DNA of 38,830 nt from a virus. Lineage: Duplodnaviria; Caudoviricetes. The notes beneath the pieces were generated by a model. It was not told the DNA's origin. It saw nothing but the letters and a program-made list of their open reading frames with translations, and did not search any database. Positions 26,380-36,410 of this stretch are shown here, piece by piece. The DNA lies in the IMG/VR virus record IMGVR_UViG_3300046779_001797, positions 1 to 38,830 of that record; one strand, given 5' to 3'. Each line of letters starts with the position of its first letter. Within the stretch, counting starts at the first letter, position 1. The translations under genes and the position numbers were made by a program.

Positions 26380-27947
26380 TGGATGGACTCAAAGAATATA
26401 CGGTAACCACCCCAAACCTAGAGCTAACAGATTCTGTCTATGAAGATCTGACTACCGATAAAACTACACCAGAGACTATTCCAAATCGTCCAGTAGAGGT
26501 AGCAAACGAAAGACCAAATAGTCCTAGAAATACCGTCTACCTGCTAACTGATGAAGAAGCAGCAAATCTAAAAAATGACCCTCGTGTTGAGGATGTTCAA
26601 GATTTGTCAATTTTTCGTCCTAGAAAAACTGCATTTCAAACAGCTACATTTTCTAAAAGCCCTCTTGCTACAGGCGACTTTGTAAACTGGGGACTCCTGC
26701 GCCACACAAGTACGTCTAACGTTTATGGAACTGCTACTGCAGACCCAGGTGGATCCTATGATTATGTATTAGACGGAACTGGCGTTGACGTTGTAATCAT
26801 TGATAGTGGTATTCAAGCAAATCATCCAGAATTTCGTACAGTAGATAATCAATTTAGTCGCGTAAAAGAGATTGATTGGTTTGCTCAAAGTGGTGTTTCG
26901 GGAGTTATGCCACTAAATTTTTATACAGATTTTGATGGACACGGTACCCACGTTGCATCCACTATGGCTGGTAAAACCTATGGGTGGGCAAAGAACGCTG
27001 ATATCTACTCAATAAAGCTTCAAGGTCTTCAGGGCGGGATTGATGAGGGACTTGATGTCTCTACAGCTTTTGATGTTTTGATTGGTTGGCATAACAATAA
27101 AGTATCTGGACGACCTACTATCTTGGTCAACAGCTGGGGATATGGCGTTTTTTGGAGAACAGATTTAGAATCATTCTCATTTGATCTACAAGAAGGAACT
27201 ACTCTTTACGCAATCAATGGTGGAAATTACCGAGGTTCTTCTTGGATTGGTACGACAAAAGACCCAGCTAAAGGTCATATTGGAAGTTTAGTAGCTACTG
27301 ACGCTTATCAATTTCCAATTAGAGTTACTTCTGTTGACGCTGACGTTGCTACAGCAGCAGCTGCAGGAATCTTTGTTGTAAATGCAGCAGGTAATGACTC
27401 ACAAAAAATTGACGTTGATGGTGGTCTTGACTACAACAACTACCTATTGACTGACTTCGGTACTTTTTACTACCACCGAGGCATGAGCCCATACATTGCA
27501 TCTAATGTTGGACTGACTATTGGGGCAGTATCGACGAGCACAAGACCTAATGCGACTGAAGTTAGAGCTTCTTACAGTAATACTGGTCCTGGTGTAGACA
27601 TGTATGCAGCAGGAGACGAAATCATGGCTGCAATGAGTAACAACAATGTCTACTCAGAAAACTCCCCCTACTTCTATAATAGCTCTTTCAAGCAGGCTTC
27701 TTTGAGCGGCACATCTATGGCTGCTCCTCAGCTAGCTGGGATGGCTGCTCTAGTTGCTCAAGCTCACCCAACTTGGGGTCCTGCGCAAATTTCAAAATAC
27801 CTAAAGACATCTTCCAATTTGAGCCTCTATGAAACAGGTCAAAATAATGACTACAGTTCCACTCTGAGTGTTCATGGGGGATCCCCTAGTTTAGCCTTTT
27901 TCCCTATGGCAGACCAGCGACCCTTCTCAATTTTTGCTAACCAGTAG
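26379..27947 (+). CDS. Subtilisin-like S8 serine protease with N-terminal prodomain
   Basis: Catalytic Asp (VVIIDSG), His (GHGTHVAS) and Ser (GTSMAAP), plus the oxyanion Asn (AAGND). The GTG start overlaps the upstream TAG. Confidence 0.92.
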   Translation: MDGLKEYTVTTPNLELTDSVYEDLTTDKTTPETIPNRPVEVANERPNSPRNTVYLLTDEEAANLKNDPRVEDVQDLSIFRPRKTAFQTATFSKSPLATGDFVNWGLLRHTSTSNVYGTATADPGGSYDYVLDGTGVDVVIIDSGIQANHPEFRTVDNQFSRVKEIDWFAQSGVSGVMPLNFYTDFDGHGTHVASTMAGKTYGWAKNADIYSIKLQGLQGGIDEGLDVSTAFDVLIGWHNNKVSGRPTILVNSWGYGVFWRTDLESFSFDLQEGTTLYAINGGNYRGSSWIGTTKDPAKGHIGSLVATDAYQFPIRVTSVDADVATAAAAGIFVVNAAGNDSQKIDVDGGLDYNNYLLTDFGTFYYHRGMSPYIASNVGLTIGAVSTSTRPNATEVRASYSNTGPGVDMYAAGDEIMAAMSNNNVYSENSPYFYNSSFKQASLSGTSMAAPQLAGMAALVAQAHPTWGPAQISKYLKTSSNLSLYETGQNNDYSSTLSVHGGSPSLAFFPMADQRPFSIFANQ

Positions 27948-27960
27948 AGAAAAATAAAGG

Positions 27961-27966
27961 TATAAT
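27961..27966 (+). promoter_or_regulatory. Putative -10 element (TATAAT)
   Basis: A perfect TATAAT in an AT-rich intergenic gap 39 nt upstream of the 28005 start. No clear -35. Confidence 0.45.
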
Positions 27967-28004
27967 TCTATGAGACACATAGTGAAGACAGTCAGGAGAG
28001 ACAC

Positions 28005-29594
<1,590 letters not shown>

Positions 29595-29609
29595 GATTAG
29601 GAGAGACAG

Positions 29610-30071
29610 ATGTCAGTACTAAAGAAATACAATACTGAAACCACCAACTGGGAACCAATTGCTGTTGGTGCCACTGGTCCAACTGGACCGATTGGTGTTA
29701 CAGGTAATACTGGTGCAACTGGTCCTACAGGTCCTACTGGAGCTCAGGGAGACTGGTCTACTGCTCAAGTAATTTCTACACAGTCAACCACATACTCTGC
29801 AGTTTTAGCTGACGCAGGAAAAATTATAAAAACTACTTCTAGCACTCCTATGGAGATTGTAATTCCTGCCAATGCTACAGATGCCTTCGAGGTAGGACAA
29901 AAAATTGATATCTATCAATATGGAACTGGACAAGTAACTGTTACAGGAGTTGCTGGTGTTGATATTCGTTCAACCCCTACCAATAAGCTAAGAACTCAGT
30001 ACTCATTCGCAGCTGTAGTGAAGATTGATACTAATGAGTGGGCGCTTGTTGGGGACTTGGCGCTTAGCTAG
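29610..30071 (+). CDS. Short collagen-containing fibre protein
   Basis: A short GxT tract, then a C-domain homologous to the C-terminus of the 12301 protein. Confidence 0.8.
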   Translation: MSVLKKYNTETTNWEPIAVGATGPTGPIGVTGNTGATGPTGPTGAQGDWSTAQVISTQSTTYSAVLADAGKIIKTTSSTPMEIVIPANATDAFEVGQKIDIYQYGTGQVTVTGVAGVDIRSTPTNKLRTQYSFAAVVKIDTNEWALVGDLALS

Positions 30072-30073
30072 TC

Positions 30074-30697
30074 ATGCCAGTAAGTATTGGTCAATTTGGT
30101 TCAGCTGGAAATCTAAAAAACCCAGCTGAGCCTTTAGCGCTTGGGTATCGAGTAAATTACATAAAAAACCCGTCTTTTGAAGTAGACACTACTGACTGGG
30201 TAGCTGGTGGTGGCGCGACAATTGCTCGAGTAACTGGTGATTTTTATACTGGATCTGCAGCCCTTGAGGTAACTAACGCTGCAGGATCTTTTGTAAATAT
30301 CCAAGACAGAATTCCTCTTTTGAGTGAGGGTCCATTTCAAGTAAGTGCATATGTAAAGCTACTACCTGGAACATCGACAGCAAACTACTATCTTAGATAC
30401 CTTCAATATGAAACCGTAGACAGCACGAGTACTGTTGATTTTGCAAACCTAGGAACTACCTCCCTATCCGTCACTGGAAACTGGGTACGTCTATCTGGTA
30501 GCTTCACAAAGGCCCCCATTGGAAACTACGCTGTTATTCGTGTCGTAACGGCCTCGGCTGTCTCTGGAGACAAGTTCTTGGTAGACTCTGTTATGTTCGA
30601 AGATACAGCTACTTTAGGTACATATTTTGATGGTTCAAATGGGGGCTTCTGGACAGGAACTCCTAACAACAGCTACTCTGGAGCCTCACCATACTAG
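30074..30697 (+). CDS. CBM4/9-like carbohydrate-binding tail protein
   Basis: NYIKNPSFE..W start of a galactose-binding-like fold, WVRLSGSF, and a YFDGS..W.GT.N.S.S tail typical of actinophage tail proteins. Confidence 0.7.
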   Translation: MPVSIGQFGSAGNLKNPAEPLALGYRVNYIKNPSFEVDTTDWVAGGGATIARVTGDFYTGSAALEVTNAAGSFVNIQDRIPLLSEGPFQVSAYVKLLPGTSTANYYLRYLQYETVDSTSTVDFANLGTTSLSVTGNWVRLSGSFTKAPIGNYAVIRVVTASAVSGDKFLVDSVMFEDTATLGTYFDGSNGGFWTGTPNNSYSGASPY

Positions 30698-30723
30698 AAT
30701 AAAGTAACGACACTAGGAGACGA

Positions 30724-31299
30724 ATGGACGCTTTACCAAACTGGTTTGCCAATGATGGTCTACCAAATTTTGAGAAACATCTTTTATCGTATAAAGATAA
30801 GCCAGTAAGAATGCTACAGGTTGGTGCATACACTGGTGATGCTTCTGTTTGGCTACTTGAAAATGTCCTAACCCACCCAGAATCGGTTCTAGTAGACGTC
30901 GATACTTGGGAAGGCTCTGACGAACCATCTCACCATCAGATGCAGTGGAATGCTGTTGAACACTTCTATGATGTAAAAACTCAGCGTGGTCGTCATGATA
31001 GAAAAATTGTCAAGGTAAAAGGAACCAGTGATTGGTTTTTCAAAAACAACCTCCAGCAATATGACTTTATCTATATTGATGGTGATCACACAGCCTATGG
31101 TGTAATCAAAGACGCTGTAGCAGCCTTTGAGTGCCTCAAAGTTGGCGGAATTTTAGGGTTTGATGACTACCTGTGGTCAGCTGGGCTAGGTAGAATAAAC
31201 GAGCCAGGCATGGCAATTGATGCTTTCTGGTCAATCTATTCAGAAAAAGTTTCGATAATCACTGATGGTTATCAACGATGGTTCAAGAAATTAGGGTAG
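30724..31299 (+). CDS. Class I SAM-dependent methyltransferase (Methyltransf_24-like)
   Basis: Motifs LQVGAYTG, VDVDTW, YDFIYIDGDH and LKVGGILGFDDY. SD AGGAG. Confidence 0.88.
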   Translation: MDALPNWFANDGLPNFEKHLLSYKDKPVRMLQVGAYTGDASVWLLENVLTHPESVLVDVDTWEGSDEPSHHQMQWNAVEHFYDVKTQRGRHDRKIVKVKGTSDWFFKNNLQQYDFIYIDGDHTAYGVIKDAVAAFECLKVGGILGFDDYLWSAGLGRINEPGMAIDAFWSIYSEKVSIITDGYQRWFKKLG

Positions 31300-31308
31300 G
31301 GTACATAT

Positions 31309-32382
31309 ATGAAGGTAGCAATCTATACAATCGCTCTGAACGAGCGTCAGTTTGTTGACAAGTGGTTTGAAGCGTCAAAAGATGCTGACTACTTACTAAT
31401 TGCCGATACTGGCTCTACTGATGGAACCGTACAACGTGCTCGTGAACTTGGCATCAATGTTGTAGACGTTCGCGTCTCTCCTTGGCGTTTTGATGATGCT
31501 CGTAATGCTGCACTTGCTGCACTTCCTGATGATATTGATATGTGTATCTCTCTCGATATGGATGAGATCATCACACCAAACTGGCGTAAGCCTCTTGAAC
31601 TTGCATGGCAGCGAGGAGTAACTCGTCCACGCTATAAGCACATTTGGTCTTGGAATGAGGATGGAACTCCAGGTTTGGAGTTTAGCTATGACCATATCCA
31701 CACTCGTAAAAACTATCGCTGGCGTCACCCAGTACACGAGTGCCTTTATGTGTATGGTCGTGAGGAAGTTCAAGAATGGATTCCAGAAATTGAAACTCAC
31801 CACCACCCAGACCCAACAAAGTCTCGCTCTCAGTACCTACCATTGCTTGCTCTTTCTGTGAAAGAGGACCCATACAATGACCGCAACGCGTTCTATTATG
31901 GACGTGAGTTGTACTTCTATGGTCACTACATGGAAGCAGCAGAAGAGCTGAAGCGACACCTAAGTCTTCCTACAGCTCAGTGGGCACCAGAGCGTGCTGC
32001 ATCCATGCGTTTTATCGGTAAGTCATTGCCAGCAGAAGCAGAGATTTGGTTCCGTAAAGCTATTGACCAAGCGCCAGGACGTCGTGAGCCATTTGTTGAC
32101 TTGGCAGAGCTCTACTATGAGCGTCAAGATTGGGCTAAGTGCTATGAGGCTGCAACAGATGCTCTAAAAATTGTTGAAAAACCACTTGAGTATCTATGTG
32201 AAGCAAAGTCATGGGGAGCTGCTCCACACGACTTCGCATCAATCTCTGCTTACTATTTAGGTAAAATTGATGAAGCTTTCGAGCACGCAAAGAACGCTTT
32301 GAACTTAGAGCCTGATAATGAGCGTCTAAAGTCAAACCTTCAGTTCTGTCTTCAAGCTAAACAAGTTGCAGAAGAGAAATAA
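31309..32382 (+). CDS. GT2 glycosyltransferase with C-terminal TPR repeats (SunS/SgtA-like)
   Basis: IALNE, ADTGSTDGT, FDDARNAAL, the DxD motif LDMDE and HPVHE. TPR-like helices from FYYGREL to ALNLEP. Confidence 0.9.
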   Translation: MKVAIYTIALNERQFVDKWFEASKDADYLLIADTGSTDGTVQRARELGINVVDVRVSPWRFDDARNAALAALPDDIDMCISLDMDEIITPNWRKPLELAWQRGVTRPRYKHIWSWNEDGTPGLEFSYDHIHTRKNYRWRHPVHECLYVYGREEVQEWIPEIETHHHPDPTKSRSQYLPLLALSVKEDPYNDRNAFYYGRELYFYGHYMEAAEELKRHLSLPTAQWAPERAASMRFIGKSLPAEAEIWFRKAIDQAPGRREPFVDLAELYYERQDWAKCYEAATDALKIVEKPLEYLCEAKSWGAAPHDFASISAYYLGKIDEAFEHAKNALNLEPDNERLKSNLQFCLQAKQVAEEK

Positions 32383-33879
32383 ATGAAATTTGTAATTGCT
32401 GGTGGAGGTACTGCAGGCTGGGTTTCAGCCTACACAATTCTAAAGTCAAATCCAGGCAAGCACGAAGTTGTTGTAGTTGAATCTACAAAAATTGGAAGTA
32501 TTGGTGCTGGAGAGGCTACTAGTGGTCTTCTCTATGACTTGCTTTCTGGCTCTCTGTTTCACAACAGCGAGACCATGAATTCTCTTATGCCACCTTTTGA
32601 TTTTGATGACTTTATGAATAAAGTCAGTGGTGTACCTAAATTTGCATTACACCACATCAACTGGGCTAAGGAGAAGGGTTCTTATTTAGCACCTATAAAT
32701 GGATCAGAAACTTCCAAAGTATCTCCTGACCACATATTGAACTATGTACTTACAGAGTTTGGACCAGAAAAAGCCTATCTAGCATCTGTTATTGGTCAGT
32801 GCTATGACATTGATAAGATGCCAAAAACATCTGGATATGGTTTCCAGTTCGACGCTCATAAAGTTGGAGAATATCTGAGGAGCTATGTTCTCAGCATTCC
32901 TAACACTAGGCATATAGATTCTGTCATAACCGATGTCAATGTAAAACCTAATGGGTTGGTTGAAAGTTTAGTACTTGATACAGACGAAATTATCTCTGGT
33001 GATTTTTTCGTTGACACTACAGGATTTGCTAGGGTACTTGCCAAAAAACTTGAGATCAAATGGGTAGATTACAAAGACTGTATGGCAGTTGATAGGGCTA
33101 TGCCATTTCTTGTTCCCTACAAAGAGGGAGAGATAATCGAGCCTATCACTGTGGCTGAAGCTCTGTCCTCAGGTTGGATGTGGAGAACACCTACTGGAGG
33201 TAGACGTGGCTGTGGGTATGTTTACAGTAGCGAGTTTATCTCAGAAGATGAAGCGCAACGCGAGGCCGAGAAAATTATGGGCCACCCTATCGAACCAATC
33301 AAGCACATAAAATTTGAGCCAGGTCGAGTAGAGACTTTCTGGAAAGGCAATACTCTAATCTCTGGTTTAGCTAGTTCATTTATTGAGCCACTCGAGGCAA
33401 CTTCAATTCATGCAACAATTATGCAGATATTTACATTCTGTCAAGAGTATCTAAGCGATACGCTTGAGAAAACTTTGAATCCAGCAAACATAGACCAATA
33501 CAACAAAAAGACCACAAAGATGTACGAGTACTATAAAGATTTCACAGTATTCCACTATCAAGGTGGTCGTGAAGATTCAGAGTTCTGGCGTCATATCAAA
33601 TATGATAAGTTGACTACACCTGCAGTAGAAAACTACATCGAAAGAGCTAAATCAAGAATGCCTGGCGTCCTACACTTTATGGATTTCTGGGGAGTAGATG
33701 CTCTGTGGAAGTGGACTCTTATTGGTCTAAATCTATACTCTAAAGAGCAAGCCATGGAAGAATTAGAACAATACGATTCGTATGCTTATGCCATGGCTCA
33801 CTATAGATCTTTTAGAGAAGAGACCAAAAAGAGATTTAGTGATATGCCTAGCTTCAAGATGAAGCCGCAGACTTTTTAG
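32383..33879 (+). CDS. Flavin-dependent halogenase (tryptophan halogenase family)
   Basis: GGGTAG FAD motif, IGAGEAT, a Lys at the PrnA K79-like position (GVPKFAL), FQFDA, FVDTTGF, WMWRTP (WxWxIP variant) and FIEPLEATSI. Confidence 0.9.
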   Translation: MKFVIAGGGTAGWVSAYTILKSNPGKHEVVVVESTKIGSIGAGEATSGLLYDLLSGSLFHNSETMNSLMPPFDFDDFMNKVSGVPKFALHHINWAKEKGSYLAPINGSETSKVSPDHILNYVLTEFGPEKAYLASVIGQCYDIDKMPKTSGYGFQFDAHKVGEYLRSYVLSIPNTRHIDSVITDVNVKPNGLVESLVLDTDEIISGDFFVDTTGFARVLAKKLEIKWVDYKDCMAVDRAMPFLVPYKEGEIIEPITVAEALSSGWMWRTPTGGRRGCGYVYSSEFISEDEAQREAEKIMGHPIEPIKHIKFEPGRVETFWKGNTLISGLASSFIEPLEATSIHATIMQIFTFCQEYLSDTLEKTLNPANIDQYNKKTTKMYEYYKDFTVFHYQGGREDSEFWRHIKYDKLTTPAVENYIERAKSRMPGVLHFMDFWGVDALWKWTLIGLNLYSKEQAMEELEQYDSYAYAMAHYRSFREETKKRFSDMPSFKMKPQTF

Positions 33880-34372
33880 CTTTTTGCTTAGACTTTTTCT
33901 TTAGACGCTTTTCTATTTTCTCTTGGCGATCTAAGTTGTAGTTTTCAACCGCATTTACGCTGGTACGGCTACGCCATGAGAACTCGCACACTGTGCAGGT
34001 GACAATCTTTGCTGTTGTCCATCGTCCACCACCAGGAACCTCCTGAGAGCTTGTGACAAGCTTTGATGGGCGTGCTGAGCAGTACGGACAGTGTGGATAT
34101 CGACGACGCTTAGTTTCTTCACCCTTGTATGAGACTGAGAGTGCTCGACGGATTTCCATCTCGTCTTTGCCGCCCCAGATGCCCCAAATTTGACGATGTT
34201 CCAAAGCCCACTGAAGACATTGCTGGCGCACTGGGCAGCCGAAGCATAGATTCTTTGCTGCATACTTTTCTTGTGGATCCTTGGAGAAGAACCACTCCCG
34301 CATATGCTCAAGATTTGGGTCAGCGCAGGAGGCTTCTGATTGCCACTCTAAATTGTTTGCAGGTTTCCACAC
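33854..34372 (-). CDS. whiB: WhiB-family Fe-S transcription factor fused to a C-terminal Zn ribbon
   Basis: W...ASC...FF...C..CPV...C..WAL and GIWGG, followed by CPYC...CTVC and a Lys-rich tail. Confidence 0.88.
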   Translation of the reverse strand: MWKPANNLEWQSEASCADPNLEHMREWFFSKDPQEKYAAKNLCFGCPVRQQCLQWALEHRQIWGIWGGKDEMEIRRALSVSYKGEETKRRRYPHCPYCSARPSKLVTSSQEVPGGGRWTTAKIVTCTVCEFSWRSRTSVNAVENYNLDRQEKIEKRLKKKSKQKAKKSAASS

Positions 34373-34384
34373 GCTACCATAGTA
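34373..34384 (-). promoter_or_regulatory. Leaderless-type -10 promoter of WhiB-Zn
   Basis: TACTAT (34384-34379) sits 6 nt before the GTG start. No SD. Confidence 0.55.
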
Positions 34385-34424
34385 GGCTATAAACTAAAAT
34401 TAGTGTACTAAACACACTATAAAA

Positions 34425-34763
34425 CTAAAATTCTATCCAAGTAATTGGAATAGTTTTTTCAACTATATCTCCATACTCGGTTTCGCCTTCTTCATCGCAG
34501 AAGCTAAATTCTGTCTCTTCCTCAAGGAAGCCAGCCCACCCAGTCTGAATGGTTGCATTTTCTATCATAGAGAATCCATTGGATAGGGAGTCAGCAATTC
34601 CATCTCGTTGGAGATTAGAAGCTAGAGCTCGACGGACAATCTCGTTATCCATATCAACATGCTCTTCGGTAAAGTAGACAATCTCTGCTTCATCTGATTT
34701 TGAGTAGTACCCATACCCGTGCCATTGCTGCCAGAGCGATTCCCCTACGCGTGTGTCTTTCAA
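34425..34763 (-). CDS. Acidic hypothetical protein
   Basis: The ORF is packed in the - strand operon and overlaps the upstream stop. No motif recognised. Confidence 0.6.
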   Translation of the reverse strand: MKDTRVGESLWQQWHGYGYYSKSDEAEIVYFTEEHVDMDNEIVRRALASNLQRDGIADSLSNGFSMIENATIQTGWAGFLEEETEFSFCDEEGETEYGDIVEKTIPITWIEF

Positions 34764-35059
34764 AAGTCTTCCTGATCTTCCTCTTGATACTCATAGTCGC
34801 TGTCACCGTAGCCATTATCACCAGAGCTAAAAACTATCTCTGGATTTTTGAAATCATAAATACCAGCGATTGTAATCTTGCCACATTCGGTACAGGTTTC
34901 TACGCTACCAGTATTTATCTTCTGAGGTACATCAACTCCAGCAAGAGCCATTTTGATGTTGCCATTGCCATCCATACTGTGTGGCTCCCAGCGGGCATGA
35001 TCTTTTAGCCAGCAGACCTCGCAAAGAGGAACGGGGGATGTTATAGGTGCACCGCTCAT
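34760..35059 (-). CDS. Hypothetical Zn-finger protein with acidic tail
   Basis: CEVC...CTEC. TAGAAT (35071-35066) lies 6 nt before the ATG. Confidence 0.65.
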   Translation of the reverse strand: MSGAPITSPVPLCEVCWLKDHARWEPHSMDGNGNIKMALAGVDVPQKINTGSVETCTECGKITIAGIYDFKNPEIVFSSGDNGYGDSDYEYQEEDQEDF

Positions 35060-35075
35060 GTATAAATTCTAACGC

Positions 35076-35345
35076 CTATGCAGTTCTCTTAGGCAGGATA
35101 ATTAGACTTCTAGCTCGTATTTTCTTACGCTGGGCTGGACTGAGACCGCCCCAAAAACCAAAGTCTTCATTGAGTACAGCCCACTGAGCACACTCTGCAA
35201 TATGCTCGCATCGACGACATATCTTTCTAGCAGGTTCGTAGCTTACTTCAGCAGTTGGGTCATACTCATCTTTATCGTTGAGGAAGAAATAACTATCCCC
35301 GACTTGGGCGCATAGGGGGTCTTCAAACTCCCATGGCTTGCGCAT
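35076..35345 (-). CDS. whiB: WhiB-family transcription factor
   Basis: Four Cys (LCAQ, ICRRC, ECAQWA) and GFWGGLS..QR. Confidence 0.9.
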   Translation of the reverse strand: MRKPWEFEDPLCAQVGDSYFFLNDKDEYDPTAEVSYEPARKICRRCEHIAECAQWAVLNEDFGFWGGLSPAQRKKIRARSLIILPKRTA

Positions 35346-35698
35346 TACTTGGTTTTCTTTTCGTCCTCGCGCTGCCCCACTTCATATCCGCAGCCAGCGT
35401 ACCCCGCGATGTCAATCCATGTATCTGGCTGGAAGTTTCCTTTATTGGCGTAGCGAGCCATTTTCAAACCCACCATCATCATGGCTACATCTTCGTTTGA
35501 AATTTCAATTCCAAGGATTACAGACCAAATCTGCGCTGTGCGTTGGAAGTTATCCTCTGGATCACCATAGCTGCGGTTTCTATCACCAGAAATAATTCGA
35601 GCTGCTTCTCGCAAAGCTTCAATACGAGGTGGCGTAAATTCACCATTCAAAGCTTGAGTTGGTTGTGTTGTCTCTTCGGTCTTAGTCTGCTCTGACAT
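35345..35698 (-). CDS. DUF6378-like phage protein
   Basis: A..IISGDR...YGDP..NF..TA..W, VAMMM..LK.AR and D.W.DIAGYA. Confidence 0.75.
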   Translation of the reverse strand: MSEQTKTEETTQPTQALNGEFTPPRIEALREAARIISGDRNRSYGDPEDNFQRTAQIWSVILGIEISNEDVAMMMVGLKMARYANKGNFQPDTWIDIAGYAGCGYEVGQREDEKKTK

Positions 35699-35933
35699 TT
35701 TTCACCTTTGCTATAACTTGGGCTGTATACTCAAACTCACTGGTAAGTTCGGTATTCTGTGTTACAACTAATTCATAGTTGACTTGTTGAAGCATACTTG
35801 CAGTTTCGTCTGGGAAGAAATCATCTTCATCATCCTCCACTCCAAGAAATTTTGCAATAACAGCATCTGCTTTTTCTTGCAGATCGTCATAGCTATCTCC
35901 TTGAACAATAAAGTTCAAGGTTAGAGACCTCAT
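35682..35933 (-). CDS. Small acidic hypothetical protein
   Basis: It overlaps its neighbours at both ends in the - strand operon. Confidence 0.6.
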   Translation of the reverse strand: MRSLTLNFIVQGDSYDDLQEKADAVIAKFLGVEDDEDDFFPDETASMLQQVNYELVVTQNTELTSEFEYTAQVIAKVKNVRAD

Positions 35934-36355
35934 GATAGAACCAACTTCTCCAACTTCTGAGGTGGGTAGTGAGCACCGTCTAGGACTGGAAGTTTGTCAT
36001 CGTTACTCTTGATGATGACGTCTCCATAGCGGACACCTACTACAACACCGCGACGACCGTTATGCAACATACCAAGTTCACCATCAAACGCATCCGCTTT
36101 GACACGAACTACATCGGTTACTTTGATAAATCCTGGTTGACATGGAACCCATGTCTCATTTTTGTTCTCTTTGATTACGATATGACCTAATGCCAACTTT
36201 GAGAACATATCTACTGTTTGCTTACGGAAATCTGGGGTTAGATTTTCAATCGAGTCGAATAGCTCAACAAGCTGCATTGTCGCGTCTCCAACTGCTTTGC
36301 GGACCTTAGCCGCCTGTAGTTGGGACTTTACCCAACTCATATCAAGGTCTCCCAT
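35930..36355 (-). CDS. Hypothetical protein with C-terminal SH3/KOW-like domain
   Basis: The start is probably ATG 36355: AAGGAGGT lies at 36366-36359, and TAGAAT at 36383-36378 would place the TSS inside the track's 36373 ATG. Motif DVVRVK...GRRGVVVGVRYGDVII. Confidence 0.6.
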   Translation of the reverse strand: MGDLDMSWVKSQLQAAKVRKAVGDATMQLVELFDSIENLTPDFRKQTVDMFSKLALGHIVIKENKNETWVPCQPGFIKVTDVVRVKADAFDGELGMLHNGRRGVVVGVRYGDVIIKSNDDKLPVLDGAHYPPQKLEKLVLS

Positions 36356-36410
36356 GAGACCTCCTTTCGACATTTAGATTCTAATGGTTTTTAGTTATTT
36401 AGTAAAGAGA

